From: Eledone cirrhosa | Lineage: Eukaryota | Reading direction: 5' to 3' | NCBI GenBank assembly: GCA_964016885.1 | Contig: OZ024752.1 | Span: 47,120,001-47,184,000, forward strand | DNA: 64,000 bases | Part shown: positions 25,617-38,119 of the stretch, piece after piece | Layout of the letters: every line of letters starts with the position of its first letter | How positions within the stretch are numbered: the stretch's first letter is position 1 | Notes under the pieces: generated by a model | Told to the model about the DNA's origin: nothing | The model's database searches: none | Seen by the model: only the letters and a program-made list of their open reading frames with translations | Program-made: the position numbers and the translations under genes

Positions 25617-26867
25617 CTTAGTAAATAGTTAAAATGTAATCAAGAGTGTAGAATTTGAAGTGACTAGAAATGGTTTGTATTGCCAAAAGGAAAGTGATAC
25701 GGAATACATTGCGGCGAAAACCCTAACATTTTGGAATCGCCGGACATAAGGTAAATAAACAAACATGAGTTATCTCCCCGAAGTAAAAAAAATCTTGCGG
25801 AGCAGAGCTGAAAACTTGGTTTCCATTCTTAGTTACAACTGCTTTCACTCACATTGCTAATGCCGTGAACTTCCTTTTTGTTCTGAATTTTAATTCAGTG
25901 TTTGAACAAATTTACGATCTTTCGCAAAATATGGAACCCATGCCTATTGTTTACGCACAGTCCCTACTATTCTAATTTTAATAAGACATTAAGCGCTTCT
26001 TATAAACTATACAGCTTTAAATATTTGAGGGGTTTATTTTTCAGTTACAAAATCACATACTACTTGTACAAAGTTGCCCCTGTGTTTAGATTAAATGAGT
26101 TATTAACCAAGAAAATATAATTGAAATAACCATTAAGAGTGTCCATCATTTCTATTATATTTTTCGTAATTTGCTTGCATATAAACAAAAAGTGTTCCAA
26201 TAAATATTTACCTGCATTACTAAGCCCTTTCTGTAGTAAATCATCTCACAGACTCGTCCACATTGAAAAATGGTTGTGTTGTTGGCACGACAAAAAACAC
26301 CCAGTCCACACTGTAAGGTGGTTGCATAGCTGTCACGACAAAAAGAGCCCAGCCCAGACTGTAAAGTGGGCACGTAGGTGTCACATCAAAAAGCGCCTAG
26401 TACTCACTGTAAATGTGGTTGGCGTTAAGAAGGGCACTCTTATTTCGACTTCATCTAAAGGTGCAGTCAGCAAGGTTAGAGTTAACAATGGGTATAGTAA
26501 GGAATTTAACATATAAGTGTGGGTCAACCTTGGCTCTGTTCCCAGCCCTCCAGGAGTTTAAAATGCCTCCTACCTCTATGGCAATATTGAATGCTAGATA
26601 TACCCCACCTTTACTATACAACCCATACATGCATGGAAAACCAAACATATATATATATATATATGCCAGGAAGATGGATGTAAAATTATATATATATCTT
26701 TTTTTGCCTGACATATCTTTAGCAATTGGAAAGACCAATGAAAACATTGTTTCCTTGGTCTGATTTGACAAGCTCGACCCCACTCGTTAAGCGAATGAGG
26801 TCCAGGATCTTGTCGATGTACATCTTCATCATTTTACACCCATGTGATATATATATATATATATTGT

Positions 26868-27255
26868 GGAGGCACATGGCTTAGTGGTTAGAGCATTGGC
26901 CTTGCAATCGAAAGGTTGTGAGTTCAATTCTCAGACCGGGTGATGTTGTTTCCTTGAGCAAGACACTTTATTTCACATTGCTCCAGTTTACTCAGCTGTA
27001 GAAATGAGATGATAGGGACTGGGGTCCATATCATTCCACTATAAAGTGGTCGTGGAGGTGCCACAGCAAAAAAAAAGCACCCAGCCCACACTGTAAAGTG
27101 GACATGTAGGTGCCACGGCTAAAAAGCACCCAGCACTCACTGTAAATGAGGTTGGTGTTAGGAAGGGCAATCCAGCTGTAGAAATCAAGCCAGAATCAGT
27201 TCCCGTCCCACCCTTGCAAGCAGGGAAAAGCGGACGTAAAATGAAATGATGATGA
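26868..27255 (+). mobile_element. tRNA-derived CORE-type SINE, with an extra internal ~49-bp unit
   Basis: ggaggcacatggcttagtggttagagc...gagttcaattc head; same family as 1537-1874. Confidence 0.88.
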
Positions 27256-27952
27256 TATATATATGGTCCCATAACTCCTGATAGAGTCATAGCAATTTAA
27301 GCCTGGCAGAACCAGGATACAGCAGATTTATCCCAGAGAAAGATAGAAAGACAGAGAAGAAAATAAGAAAGAGATATAGTGGAAGAATCCATCCCAGTAC
27401 TAGACTGGTACTTTTTTATCGACCTCGAAAGGATGAAAGGCAAAGTTGACCTCGGCGGGATTTGAAGTCAGAGAGCAGAGAACCGGAACGAATACCATAA
27501 AGTATTCTATCCGACTGCCTTATATATATATATATCACATCTATGGCTGGATGTCCTTCCTATCACCAATCACTCTACAGTGTGGACTAGGTGCTTTTTA
27601 TAAAACTAGCACTGCCACTTTTTCTGTATATGAATTGGGTGCATCTTAACATGGTGCCGCTGGTAGTGTTACTTTAGAGTAGGAAAATGGACGTTAAATG
27701 ATGAATTTGATGATGCATGTGTGTGTATATGTCTGTTTATACCCTGTAACTTACCAGTTGGATAAAAATAAGTATAGTATTTAATAAAATAAGTACTGGG
27801 ATCAATATATTCAACAGCATAGCCACAGTCTAATGACTGAAACTAGTAAAAATAAATACAAGACTCAGATGGATTCGATGAATAGTCATTTTATTTTCAG
27901 AATGGTAAAATGGTTGACATCCAATGTTTTACATTTTCAAAAATATGCTGTC

Positions 27953-27966
27953 TTTATTTATTTATT
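27953..27966 (-). promoter_or_regulatory. candidate polyadenylation signals (overlapping AATAAA) for DCAF1
   Basis: Overlapping AATAAA hexamers on the minus strand ~240 nt after the stop, following a U-rich run. Confidence 0.45.
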
Positions 27967-27991
27967 TTCAATATATTTTAGTGAAGGTACC

Positions 27992-28030
<39 letters not shown>

Positions 28031-28206
28031 GTGTTTCTCAAAAGTTGTCAAACTGACAGATCAATAAAAGACCCATGTTGTAAAAAATATTTAAGTTGAC
28101 AACTTCAATTTTTGAGATTTCAATTAGAAATACAGAACCAAAATTTCCATTTGGCTATGTAAGAAGTTGAATGTTCCATTTTTTTTGTTTTTTCTGTTTC
28201 AAGTTA

Positions 28207-28349
28207 TCACAAGTCAGAAGAAAGTTCAAATAAGACATTGTCATCAAAATCGTTGTCATTTTCATTCATATCACTTTCATCACCAGAACCAAGTAAGTTA
28301 TCAACAATATCGTCATCATCATCATCATCATCGTCGTCGTCATCATCAT
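28207..28349 (-). CDS. DCAF1: DCAF1 last coding exon (DDDD...[12 protein letters not shown])
   Basis: tccag|; acidic; ends in TGA; resembles human DDIILSLNE. Confidence 0.88.
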
Positions 28350-31300
28350 CTGGAAAATAAAATACAAGTTAGAGTCAATAAGATGTAGTGGGGGTTACGG
28401 GAAGGAGTGGGTGGCCACATGGATTGGTCAGGTCGTGTTTTAACATTTACATTACTCTATATAGACTATCATATTTTCACAGTAAAGGTTTTATCTCACT
28501 TGATTATTTCATATATCGAATCTATGACATTTTGATATTTATTTGGAGTTCAAATCCCGCTGAGGTTAACTTTGCCTTTCATCCTTACGGGGGTCGATAA
28601 AATAAAGTACCAGTAATACACTGGGTAATTTCTGGCCTTGTGCCTAACGTAGAAACAATTATTTACTTTGAGAACAATACCTTAACATAAGTCTGAACGG
28701 CCAGTTCCAGTTGGTTTAGACAGAAAGAAGTGAAAGAATTCTGGCCGGATACGGCCGGTTTAAATGCTAAAGGGTTAAGTTAGTAGGCAGAGATGGGTAT
28801 TCATTAGCACAGCGAGTCACCAATCCTTAGTCCTTTAAATGTGCACTTTATCATTACTTTAGTACTACTACTGTTGTGACACCAGCACTATTACTTTACA
28901 GAGTGCACTGGGTGTTTTTTTTTTTTTATTTTAATTTTTTTTATTTTATTGTGGCACTAATACAGCAAGAACAATTAAAATACGAACCTTCTATATCACT
29001 TGATCCATCACCCAGGGCTGACACGTGGACAATGTCATCATCTTCATCATCATCGTCATCATCATCATCAATTCCTTCATCTTCGTCATCATCGTCATCA
29101 TCACCCTGAAGAAAAAAAAATGGAAGAAAAAATTTTAGTCTTCTAGCATCTCTAATCAAATTTGTTTACATTTCTCTATATTTACTATTGTAGTTTCACA
29201 GTAAAGGCTTTAGCTCACATAATTATCGAATCTATGAGATTTTGATGTAATTTATTTTGAGAACAATACCTTAACATCAGTATAAGTGGCCAGTTACGGC
29301 TGGTTTGAACAGAAAGAGGTGAGATAATTCTGGCTGGATACAGCCAGTTTAAATGCTAAAGGGTTAAAAAAAAATCGTTTTTCAGGGCCTCCAACACAAG
29401 TGGGAGGGATGAAAGTAGCCTCAAACAAGAAACAAGAAACCTGGCTTGAATGCCTGCAACATAGTAGATTCTGCTGAGGAGCCAAGAGTCGAGTAGTCGA
29501 GTTAAACAAGGTGACATTAAATCTACCACCCATGTAGGTTGCAGCAAGATTTGAACACAACCCAAAGAGCCAGAACAAATAAATACAACAAGACATTTCC
29601 CCTGATACTCTAAAAATACCACCAGTCTACCACCACAGACTAGTATTTTACTGACCTCAAAATGACAAAGTTGACTTTAGTGGGATTTAAATTCTGAGCA
29701 CAAAGAGTTTAACAGTGTCATAAAGAGAACCCCTGAAAGCATCATCATCATCATCGTCATCATTACTGTTTTATGTCTATTTTCTATGCCTGCATGAGAT
29801 AGACTTCTTATAGTTTTCTGACTGGATGACCTTCCTATACCACCAACTACTTTACAATGTGGACTGGGTGCCTTCTATCAGGCCACCAGCACTAGTGATG
29901 ATGTCAGGACTTTTAAGAGTCTTCTTTATCCTGTACCAACTTTAAATCAGAGCAACTGTTTTCCTAGAGGCACCACCTTCGCGACAGCTAATCCTGTACA
30001 ATCATATTCAGTGTGACTGCTCTCCTAGATGGGTTGCCTTCCCTGTAGCTTACAGAACCCACATTTACCCTGTACAGTTTACCTGTGTCTACGTCAATGT
30101 ATGTGTGAAATAAAGACCCCCTGTCATACAGAATAAAATATTATTCAAACTACTTACTTGATCATCATCATCATCTTTCAATTTGCCAATTTCATACAAT
30201 CTGCAGACATTTTCTTCAACATTTGTATCACCATATTGTTGAGTCTATAAAGAAAAAAATTCCAAAAGTTCTTTAAAATGGAAATAAAACCTTTGTAAAA
30301 AAAAACCAAACAATTGTCTTCTACATCATCATTTAACATCTATTTTTATTGCAATTGCTTAGTGTATCATCATTTAACATCTATTTTTATTGTAATTACT
30401 TCGTCTATCATCATTTAACATCTATTTTTATTGCAATTGCTTAGTGTATCATCATTTAACATCTATTTTTATTGTAATTACTTCGTCTATCATCATTTAA
30501 CATCTATTTTTATTGCAATTGCTTAGTGTATCATCATTTAACATCTATTTTTATTGTAATTACTTAGTGTATCATCATTTAACATCTATTTTTATTGTAA
30601 TTGCTTAGTGTATCAACTTCATCATTTAAAATCTGTTTTCCTTGCAAACAAGGGTTGGATGGGTTGTTACCAAGTCAGTATTTAATCAGGGCTACTGACC
30701 TCTAAGATGAGCCAGAGCCTCACAACCCTTTGTTTAGCAAGTTTTCTATGGAAGGACATTCAGCAGTAAAACATTGTCTCAAAAAGGACCCCTTATGAGT
30801 ATGAAACCTCTCATGGAGGCTTGCAAATGGTTGTTTTGTGTTATTTATTGAAATTGGTTTACAGTAGCATCATTGATAGCTGGTTTCTAGTTGGCCAATA
30901 ACTAGTTCTCTACATTTCTGGTGGTGAAATCAACAAGAGATTGCCAGTAACTTACTGCAATGTTAAGTTTGTTTGAAGAACACCAGTCAAACACACACAT
31001 ACAGATGTATATATTCTTGGATTAAACAAACTAATTGAGGTTCTTATACATTGCTGGTCACACTGCACTTCCATTCTTCCCTTGATTGTGCCCTTCTCTT
31101 CTATTATGAGCCAAGTCCTTGGTAGCCTATGGCACCTAAGAACATTTCAAAGCTTGATATGATTTTATAGTCTACAGTATTTCCTGTTACTGCTTCTCTC
31201 TTTTATCACTACCAACATACAAGTGTTGATAGTGACTCCCAACAAAACATTTTTTTTTTTTCACTTCCCCCATCCCTGGCACACATGTACAAGCATCATC

Positions 31301-34300
31301 ATCATCATCATCATTTCATTTTACGTCCACTTTTCCCTGCTTGCAAGGGTGGGACGGGAACCGATTCTGGCTTGATTTCTACAGCTGGATGCCCTTCCTA
31401 ACACCAACCTCATTTACAGTGAGTGCTGGGTGCTTTTTTGCCGTGGCACCTCCACGACCACTTTGCAGTGGAATGATATGGACTCCCAGTCCCTATCATC
31501 TCATTTCTACAGCTGAGTAAACTGGAGCAATGTGAAATAAAGTGTCTTGCTCAAGGAAACAACACATCACCCGGTCTGAGAATTGAACTCACAACCTTTC
31601 GATTGCAAGGCCAATGCTCTAACCACTAAGCCATGTGCCTCCTGTATAATAATTATATTGAAACCAATAACAACAACGATGATTTAAAAAAGTTTTACAA
31701 TGTAAAAAAAGAAATTCATCCCTTACTTCAACAACAGCGATATGATACTCTCGTGTATCTGCAGCAAGGTTACAAATGCTCCTTGATTTTACATCATATG
31801 TGGCTGCAAAAAGACAAAGTTTTATGTAAATAACTACTACAACAGTGGCTGCTTAACCCTTTAGCATTTAAACTGACCGTATTCGGCCAGCATTCTCTCA
31901 CCTCTTTCTGTTCAATTCGGCTGTAACTAGCCACTCATACTTATGTTAGGGTATTGTTCTCAAAATAAATAGCATCAAAATCTCAGATTCAATATTATAT
32001 TAGATGAAGTGTTTACTATGAAAATACAATATTACATATACAGTAATGTAAATGCTAAAGGGTTAATTATAAAGAAACAGAAACAGTCCATTTTACTTTA
32101 TGCTATCATCATCATTTCTATGTCCGTTTTTCCATGCTTGCATGGGTTGGACGGGTCCTTCTCAGCACGGCATCTCTCCACTAGTCGTGTTACTTCGTCA
32201 TCTCTGCCAGTCCTAACGATTTGAGGTCCGTTCTCACAACCTCTGCCAGGTCTTTCTCTATTATGTCTCCCTCCACTGGGATTTCCTGGCACTTATTCAG
32301 TCACATGCCCCCAGCCACATTCATATATAAACTCATATTTCTTATATAATAATGATAATAATGAAATTATTGTGTACAGTGCTCAGGTGCACTACAACTC
32401 ATCAAAGGTGCATGTATAGTACATAGAATAATGTACAAATGTCAGGAAAATGAACAGTGTACGAGATAACAATAACAATAATGAAATATTGTGTACAGTG
32501 CCCAGGTGCACCACAACTCATCAAAAAAGTGCATGTACAGTACATAGGGCAATGCACAAACATCAGTAAAATGAACAGTGCACGAGTCATGATACACACG
32601 TGTGCATATGTATGGAAGGGGTACATCAGGTGTAGTTTTGGCGTATTTCGGGAAGCATGAGTGACTTAAAGGATGCAGTGTCTCGGCAGCTAACAATTGA
32701 CGCAGGCAGTTTGTTCCATGCTTCAGCAACTCCGAGCGTGAAAAAATGTCTACGAAAGTCTTGTCAAACATATCCCAAGTAAAATGTATCAATTGTTCAT
32801 AACTCAACATTTACAAACATTTCCAACCCTCCTCTTAGTTCTTGCAAAGTATCTCTTGTTAAGTATTAACTGGCAAATGTCAGCAGAATGTGTGCACTCG
32901 GGGGTCATGACCTTGATGTGGCCCGGCCTCTTAGCGTGTAAAAAGTTAAGGACTGAAACACTTGTTAAAGGGCAAGGGGGTTTCTTCTTCTCCGAAGAAC
33001 TTCTGCTGTCCAGCTCTCGGATCAGTTGGAGACGGTTGCTTCTGACAGGACCTGCTCGAGGGAGTGTTTGAGAACTCTTCCCCACATGACCCTCTCAGGA
33101 ATAAGTGGGCGAAGAAGAAGAAGAGAAGGTTGCTGTTTATACGAAACATGGTAATGAAGGGGTTGAGGCTTATAAGGAAAGTGACTAGAAATGATACTCC
33201 ACTACCACCACCACCACAATTACACCATGTAGGTGTGATTGAGGATCTCTCTCTCTCTTTCTCTCACAGTCATCATCATCATCATCATTTTTATGTCCGT
33301 TCTTCCACGCTAGCATGGGTTAGATGGGTTGTCCTGTTGTGGGCAGTGTCCAGTCGGCTGACCTTGTCTTGCTCATATGGGAACTGATTCTGGCTTGATT
33401 TCCTAACACCAACCCCATTTACAGTGAGTGCTGGATGCTTTTTTTTTTGCCGTGGCACCTCCACGACCACTTTGCAGTGGAATGACATGGACCCCAGTCC
33501 CTATCATCTCATTTCTACAGCTGAGTAAACTGGAGCAATGTGAAATAAAGTGTCTTGCTCAAGGAAACAACACATCAGCCGGTCTGAGAATTGAACTCAC
33601 AACCTTTCCATTGCAAGGCCAATGCTCTAACCACTAAGCCATGTGGCTCCACAGTATATAGTCCAAATGTGTACAATAATATCCATAAACCAATAATCAG
33701 TTTACTTACATATACAGCTATAGTCTCGAGAATCAAATGTTCTGAAGGTTGAAGCATATATACTGTTGTACCGTTTGTCTCGCCGACGTTCATCTAACAT
33801 GTGTATTGCTGAAGGAGAAGACAGAAATAGCATTTATTAATACATGCTTCATTGTGGTCACAACAATCATGATAAAATGCACCCAGTCCACACTGCATCA
33901 ATGACACAGCCAATTCGCTGCCATATAAATAGAATTTATTAAAAGAGAAGTGTACTTACTGCCATAAATTATTTCATTTGTGTAGTTAAAATTCAGCTGA
34001 CATTGATCAAGACTGGGTACTGTATGAAGAAGTCGAAATGTTCTCATATCCCACTGAACAAATTTGTGTCAAGGAACAGATACTAAAATCAACATTACTA
34101 TTGTCAAAACATTAATATATCATTAATCCATTAATCAACACAACCTCCCTAGTGTTAGTGCCACACCATAAAATGTAACCAGTACCCTCTTTAATACATT
34201 AGCATTTAAACCGGCCACAATTCTCTCACCTTTCTGTTCAAACCAGCCGTAACTGGCTGCTCATATTGATGTGAAGGTATTGTTCTCAAAATAAATAAAA

Positions 34301-37300
34301 TCAAAATCTCATAGATTCGATATTATGTGAGGTAAAGACTTTACTGTGAAAATACAACAGTAAATAGAGAGTAGTGTAAATGGTAAAGGGTTGAAGTGGT
34401 TGGTGTTAGGAAGAGCATCGAGCTATAGAAACCATAGCAAACAAGGTTGAGGACCCTTCAGTCATCTACCTCATTAGCGCTGGTGCCAATATAAATACAC
34501 CTAGTATACTCTGTAAAGTTCTATAGCTATACTAGCTATAGAAACCACGTCAAACAAAGGTTTTAGAAGGACTCTTCAGGTGTGTCAAAGACATAGCGAC
34601 CAGCCAAGTGCTGGTGCCATGATAAAAAGCACCCAGTGCACTCTGTAAAGTGATTGGCATAACAAAGCACACCCAGTTGCGATATACATGCCAAAACCGA
34701 GATGTGATCAATGGCCTGATAAGAGGAAAGTAATGTTATGTATTGACTTGATCTGTAATAACCTGTCCAGATACGATGGAGTTCTAGTTTCCCTTTACCA
34801 GATTCCACACGCAAAACATTGTATCAGCCTTAGACTCCAGTCGAAGACACTTGCTCAAGATGTCACACAACTATATTTATACCTAGACAAATGAAATGTT
34901 ATCTTCATCTCTATACATATATTGTTCATTTAACATACATTCATTAAGCACGATACTAATAGGGTTTATCAAGAAACCTATAAAACATTTTAATGTGATA
35001 AAGAAAGGATACAACTTCTGAATTTATGATGATTTCCAATCCCATTGGGTGGAACAGGCCACTTATGGCAGCATTGAACTTATCAAATTTATGTACAGCT
35101 TTACCAACTCTGACATCCCATAATACTCCATCATTTAGCACCAAATCATCAGAGGGATCAAATGTGGCTCGGTTTGATGTGTAGTAGTTGGCCTTTTCTT
35201 GATCAAATATCTCCATAACTTGTTGACCTGTGTTGATGTCATAGATCTGAGAAGAAGAGGAGAAAATAAAGGTTAAATAAAAAAAAAAAACGCATTTGGT
35301 AAACTGATGTCTGTAGCCCAATCTGGCAACCTTGTCACACTGCTCAACCTTTTAGCATTTAAACCAGCTCTAGCTGCCCAGAATTCTCTCACCTGTTTCT
35401 GTTCAAACCAGCTATAACTGGCTACTCATACTTACGTTAAGGTGTATTTCTTGAAATAAATAATATCAAAATCTTATAGATTCGATATTATGTGAAATGA
35501 AGTGTTTACCATGAAAATACAATAGTAAAAAAAGGGTTAAAGATGGATAATATTGCTACATTGTCAAGCAATAAAGACACTTGCTCCAAAACCTCACAGC
35601 AGGATCGAATCCAGAACCACATGATTGCAAAGTGAACTTAACCACTTAGCCAGAATGCTGACATGACTGACCTTCTACAACTTGGATATGAAAGATCTGT
35701 GTGTTTGGGGTTACCTCTACAATTAACCCTTTAGCATTTAAACTGACCATATCCAGCCACTCATACTTACGAGTGGCTGGATATGGTCAATACTCTATAT
35801 TTACTATTGTAATTTTGCAATAAAGGCTTTATCTGAGATAATATTGAATCTATGAGAATTTGATGTTTTTATTTTGAGAACAAAACCGTAACATCAATAT
35901 GAGTGACCAGTTATGGCTGGTTTGAACAAAAAGAGTTGAGAGAATTCTGGCCAGATAAGACCGGTTTAAATACTAAAGGATTAATGTATTATTCTCAAAA
36001 TAAATAATATCAAAATCTCATGCATTCAATATTATGTGAAATAAAGCCTTTACCATGAAACTGCAATAGTAAATATAGAATAATGTAAATACTAAAGGGT
36101 TAAGAAAATCCAGCTGTAGTTTGTGTGTTTGGAGGTGAACAAAATACAAAACCTGTATACACATACACTCACAAATATATACTTACATAAGCTTTCTCTT
36201 CTCGCGTTCCAATAAGTTTATCCTGCACTTTTTTACTAAATTCCATATAATTGTCTTCAGGGAAATTTTTCCTGCAAATAGAGAATGAGATATTATTTAA
36301 CTCTTTTGTTACCAAAACATCTCAGACCTTCTTAGATTCTAAGGTGTTTATATTTATCTTATCATAATTTTATGTACAAACCTTTATTAAGTTATGCCCC
36401 AAATACCAAATTAAGTTAGTTATATTACTAAACCCCTCCATATTCTTGATTGTTTTCAAAATTATTTGAGGTGATAGGCAGAGTCTTTCATTAGAAATAT
36501 GGTAACAAAATACAAAACGCTTTAAAAGCATAATTCTATTAAAGCTAATATTTTTTTTTATCAGTCAATCAGGGGAAAGAGTAGTACGGTAACCCTTTTC
36601 CAAGACTTCCAACCTGATGGGAGAGAAGAAAGCAGAAACCTGGGTCCAAATGTCTGAAACAAAGCAGCGTCTACTAAGGGGACTCAAATACCAGGCGAAG
36701 GGGTTAAACTGTATATAAACAGGGTGTCTCCAAAAAATGTATACACACTTCGATTACTTGTACAGGCAATATTTATCAGAATGCACAGCTTTTCCCCAAA
36801 ATAAAATGATCTACAGACATAATTTGAATAATACATATAAAACAGAATTTATTTTAATACATTTTTTTAAAGATTTTTTTCTGTATACATTTTTTGGGGA
36901 CATTCTGTATATACAGAACATATAAGCAACAAACTACTTACTGGTTTTCAAGTCTGTCTAAACTTTTCCACAAAGAAGAAAGAGGTGTACCCCAGGATGC
37001 TGAAGTAACCAAGAGGTTACCATCCTATTAATTAAAAATTTATATTAATACATAAAACAAAAGTAAAATTAGAAAATTAGAAAAACAAAGATGTTTTGCT
37101 AGAAGGGAAAGCGGACATTAACCCCTTTGTTACCAACCAGGCCAAAACTGGCTCTGGATCTATGAAATAAAATTACCCATTTTAAAAGGTTTCCAATTTA
37201 AATTAAAATCTTCCAACATCATTTGATATAAGAACCTTATATGAACGACATTACATTTGTAAGATAGTCTGTGTGATGATCTCTGGCCAAAACCAGCTAA

Positions 37301-38072
37301 ATGTCACAGTAGAGAAGATCAGATGACAGTAAAATATGGTCTATAGGTCAGGTTATATAACTTTATATACTTATAAAAACGTTTCAAAAAATATAATGGT
37401 TTCTTATATAGGCACAGGACCAGCAATTTTTGGGGGAGGGGAAAGTCAAATCGACCCCAGTGCATGATTGGTACTTTATTTTATCGACCCCCGTAAGGAT
37501 GAAAGGCAAAGTTAACCTCGGCAGGATTTGAACTCAGATCATAAAGGGCCGTAACTCTATGCTGTAAAGCATGGCATCCGAGCCTCTACCGATTCTGCCA
37601 ATCCACCTTTCAAAAAATATAATGAAAGTTGAGCTGCTTAGTAAATGAACGAAATAGTAAATGTTTAGTAAATGAAAAATACCTTATAATAAGTTACTAT
37701 CTTAGTAATTAATACTTTTAGTAAATCCCTCAAAATTCTTCATTAATTAATTAAAATTGAGTGTATTTCTGTAGAGATATGTAATTATAATAGGGGAACT
37801 TACCTTTGTCTGCCGGCAGTTTGTGATAGGAGATGAGTGACAGTTATAACTTCGGCCCTCCTGTAAATTGATATAGTTTCATAATAATTGAGAAAATATC
37901 GATATGAAGGGAACTTCAGAGGTATAAACCTCTTGAGAGTAAGAATTAGGCAAGATGTGAAGTATATGTTCTATTAAATATAGGTGTTAAGAAGTAGAAA
38001 GGACTTCATGTGAATTTATATTTCAAAAAATCCCACAGGAATAACATTTTTGAATGGATAAGAAAATCGTTT

Positions 38073-38119
<47 letters not shown>

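Noticed and set aside
26868-26940. tRNA gene (A/B boxes, TGC-like loop)
   Set aside because: No proper acceptor stem; it continues into a CORE domain and LINE tail and is multicopy, so it is a SINE head.
32770-33135. GC-richer stretch with several ~90-aa ORFs in a DCAF1 intron
   Set aside because: No recognisable protein motif or needed exon; DCAF1 phases join without it.
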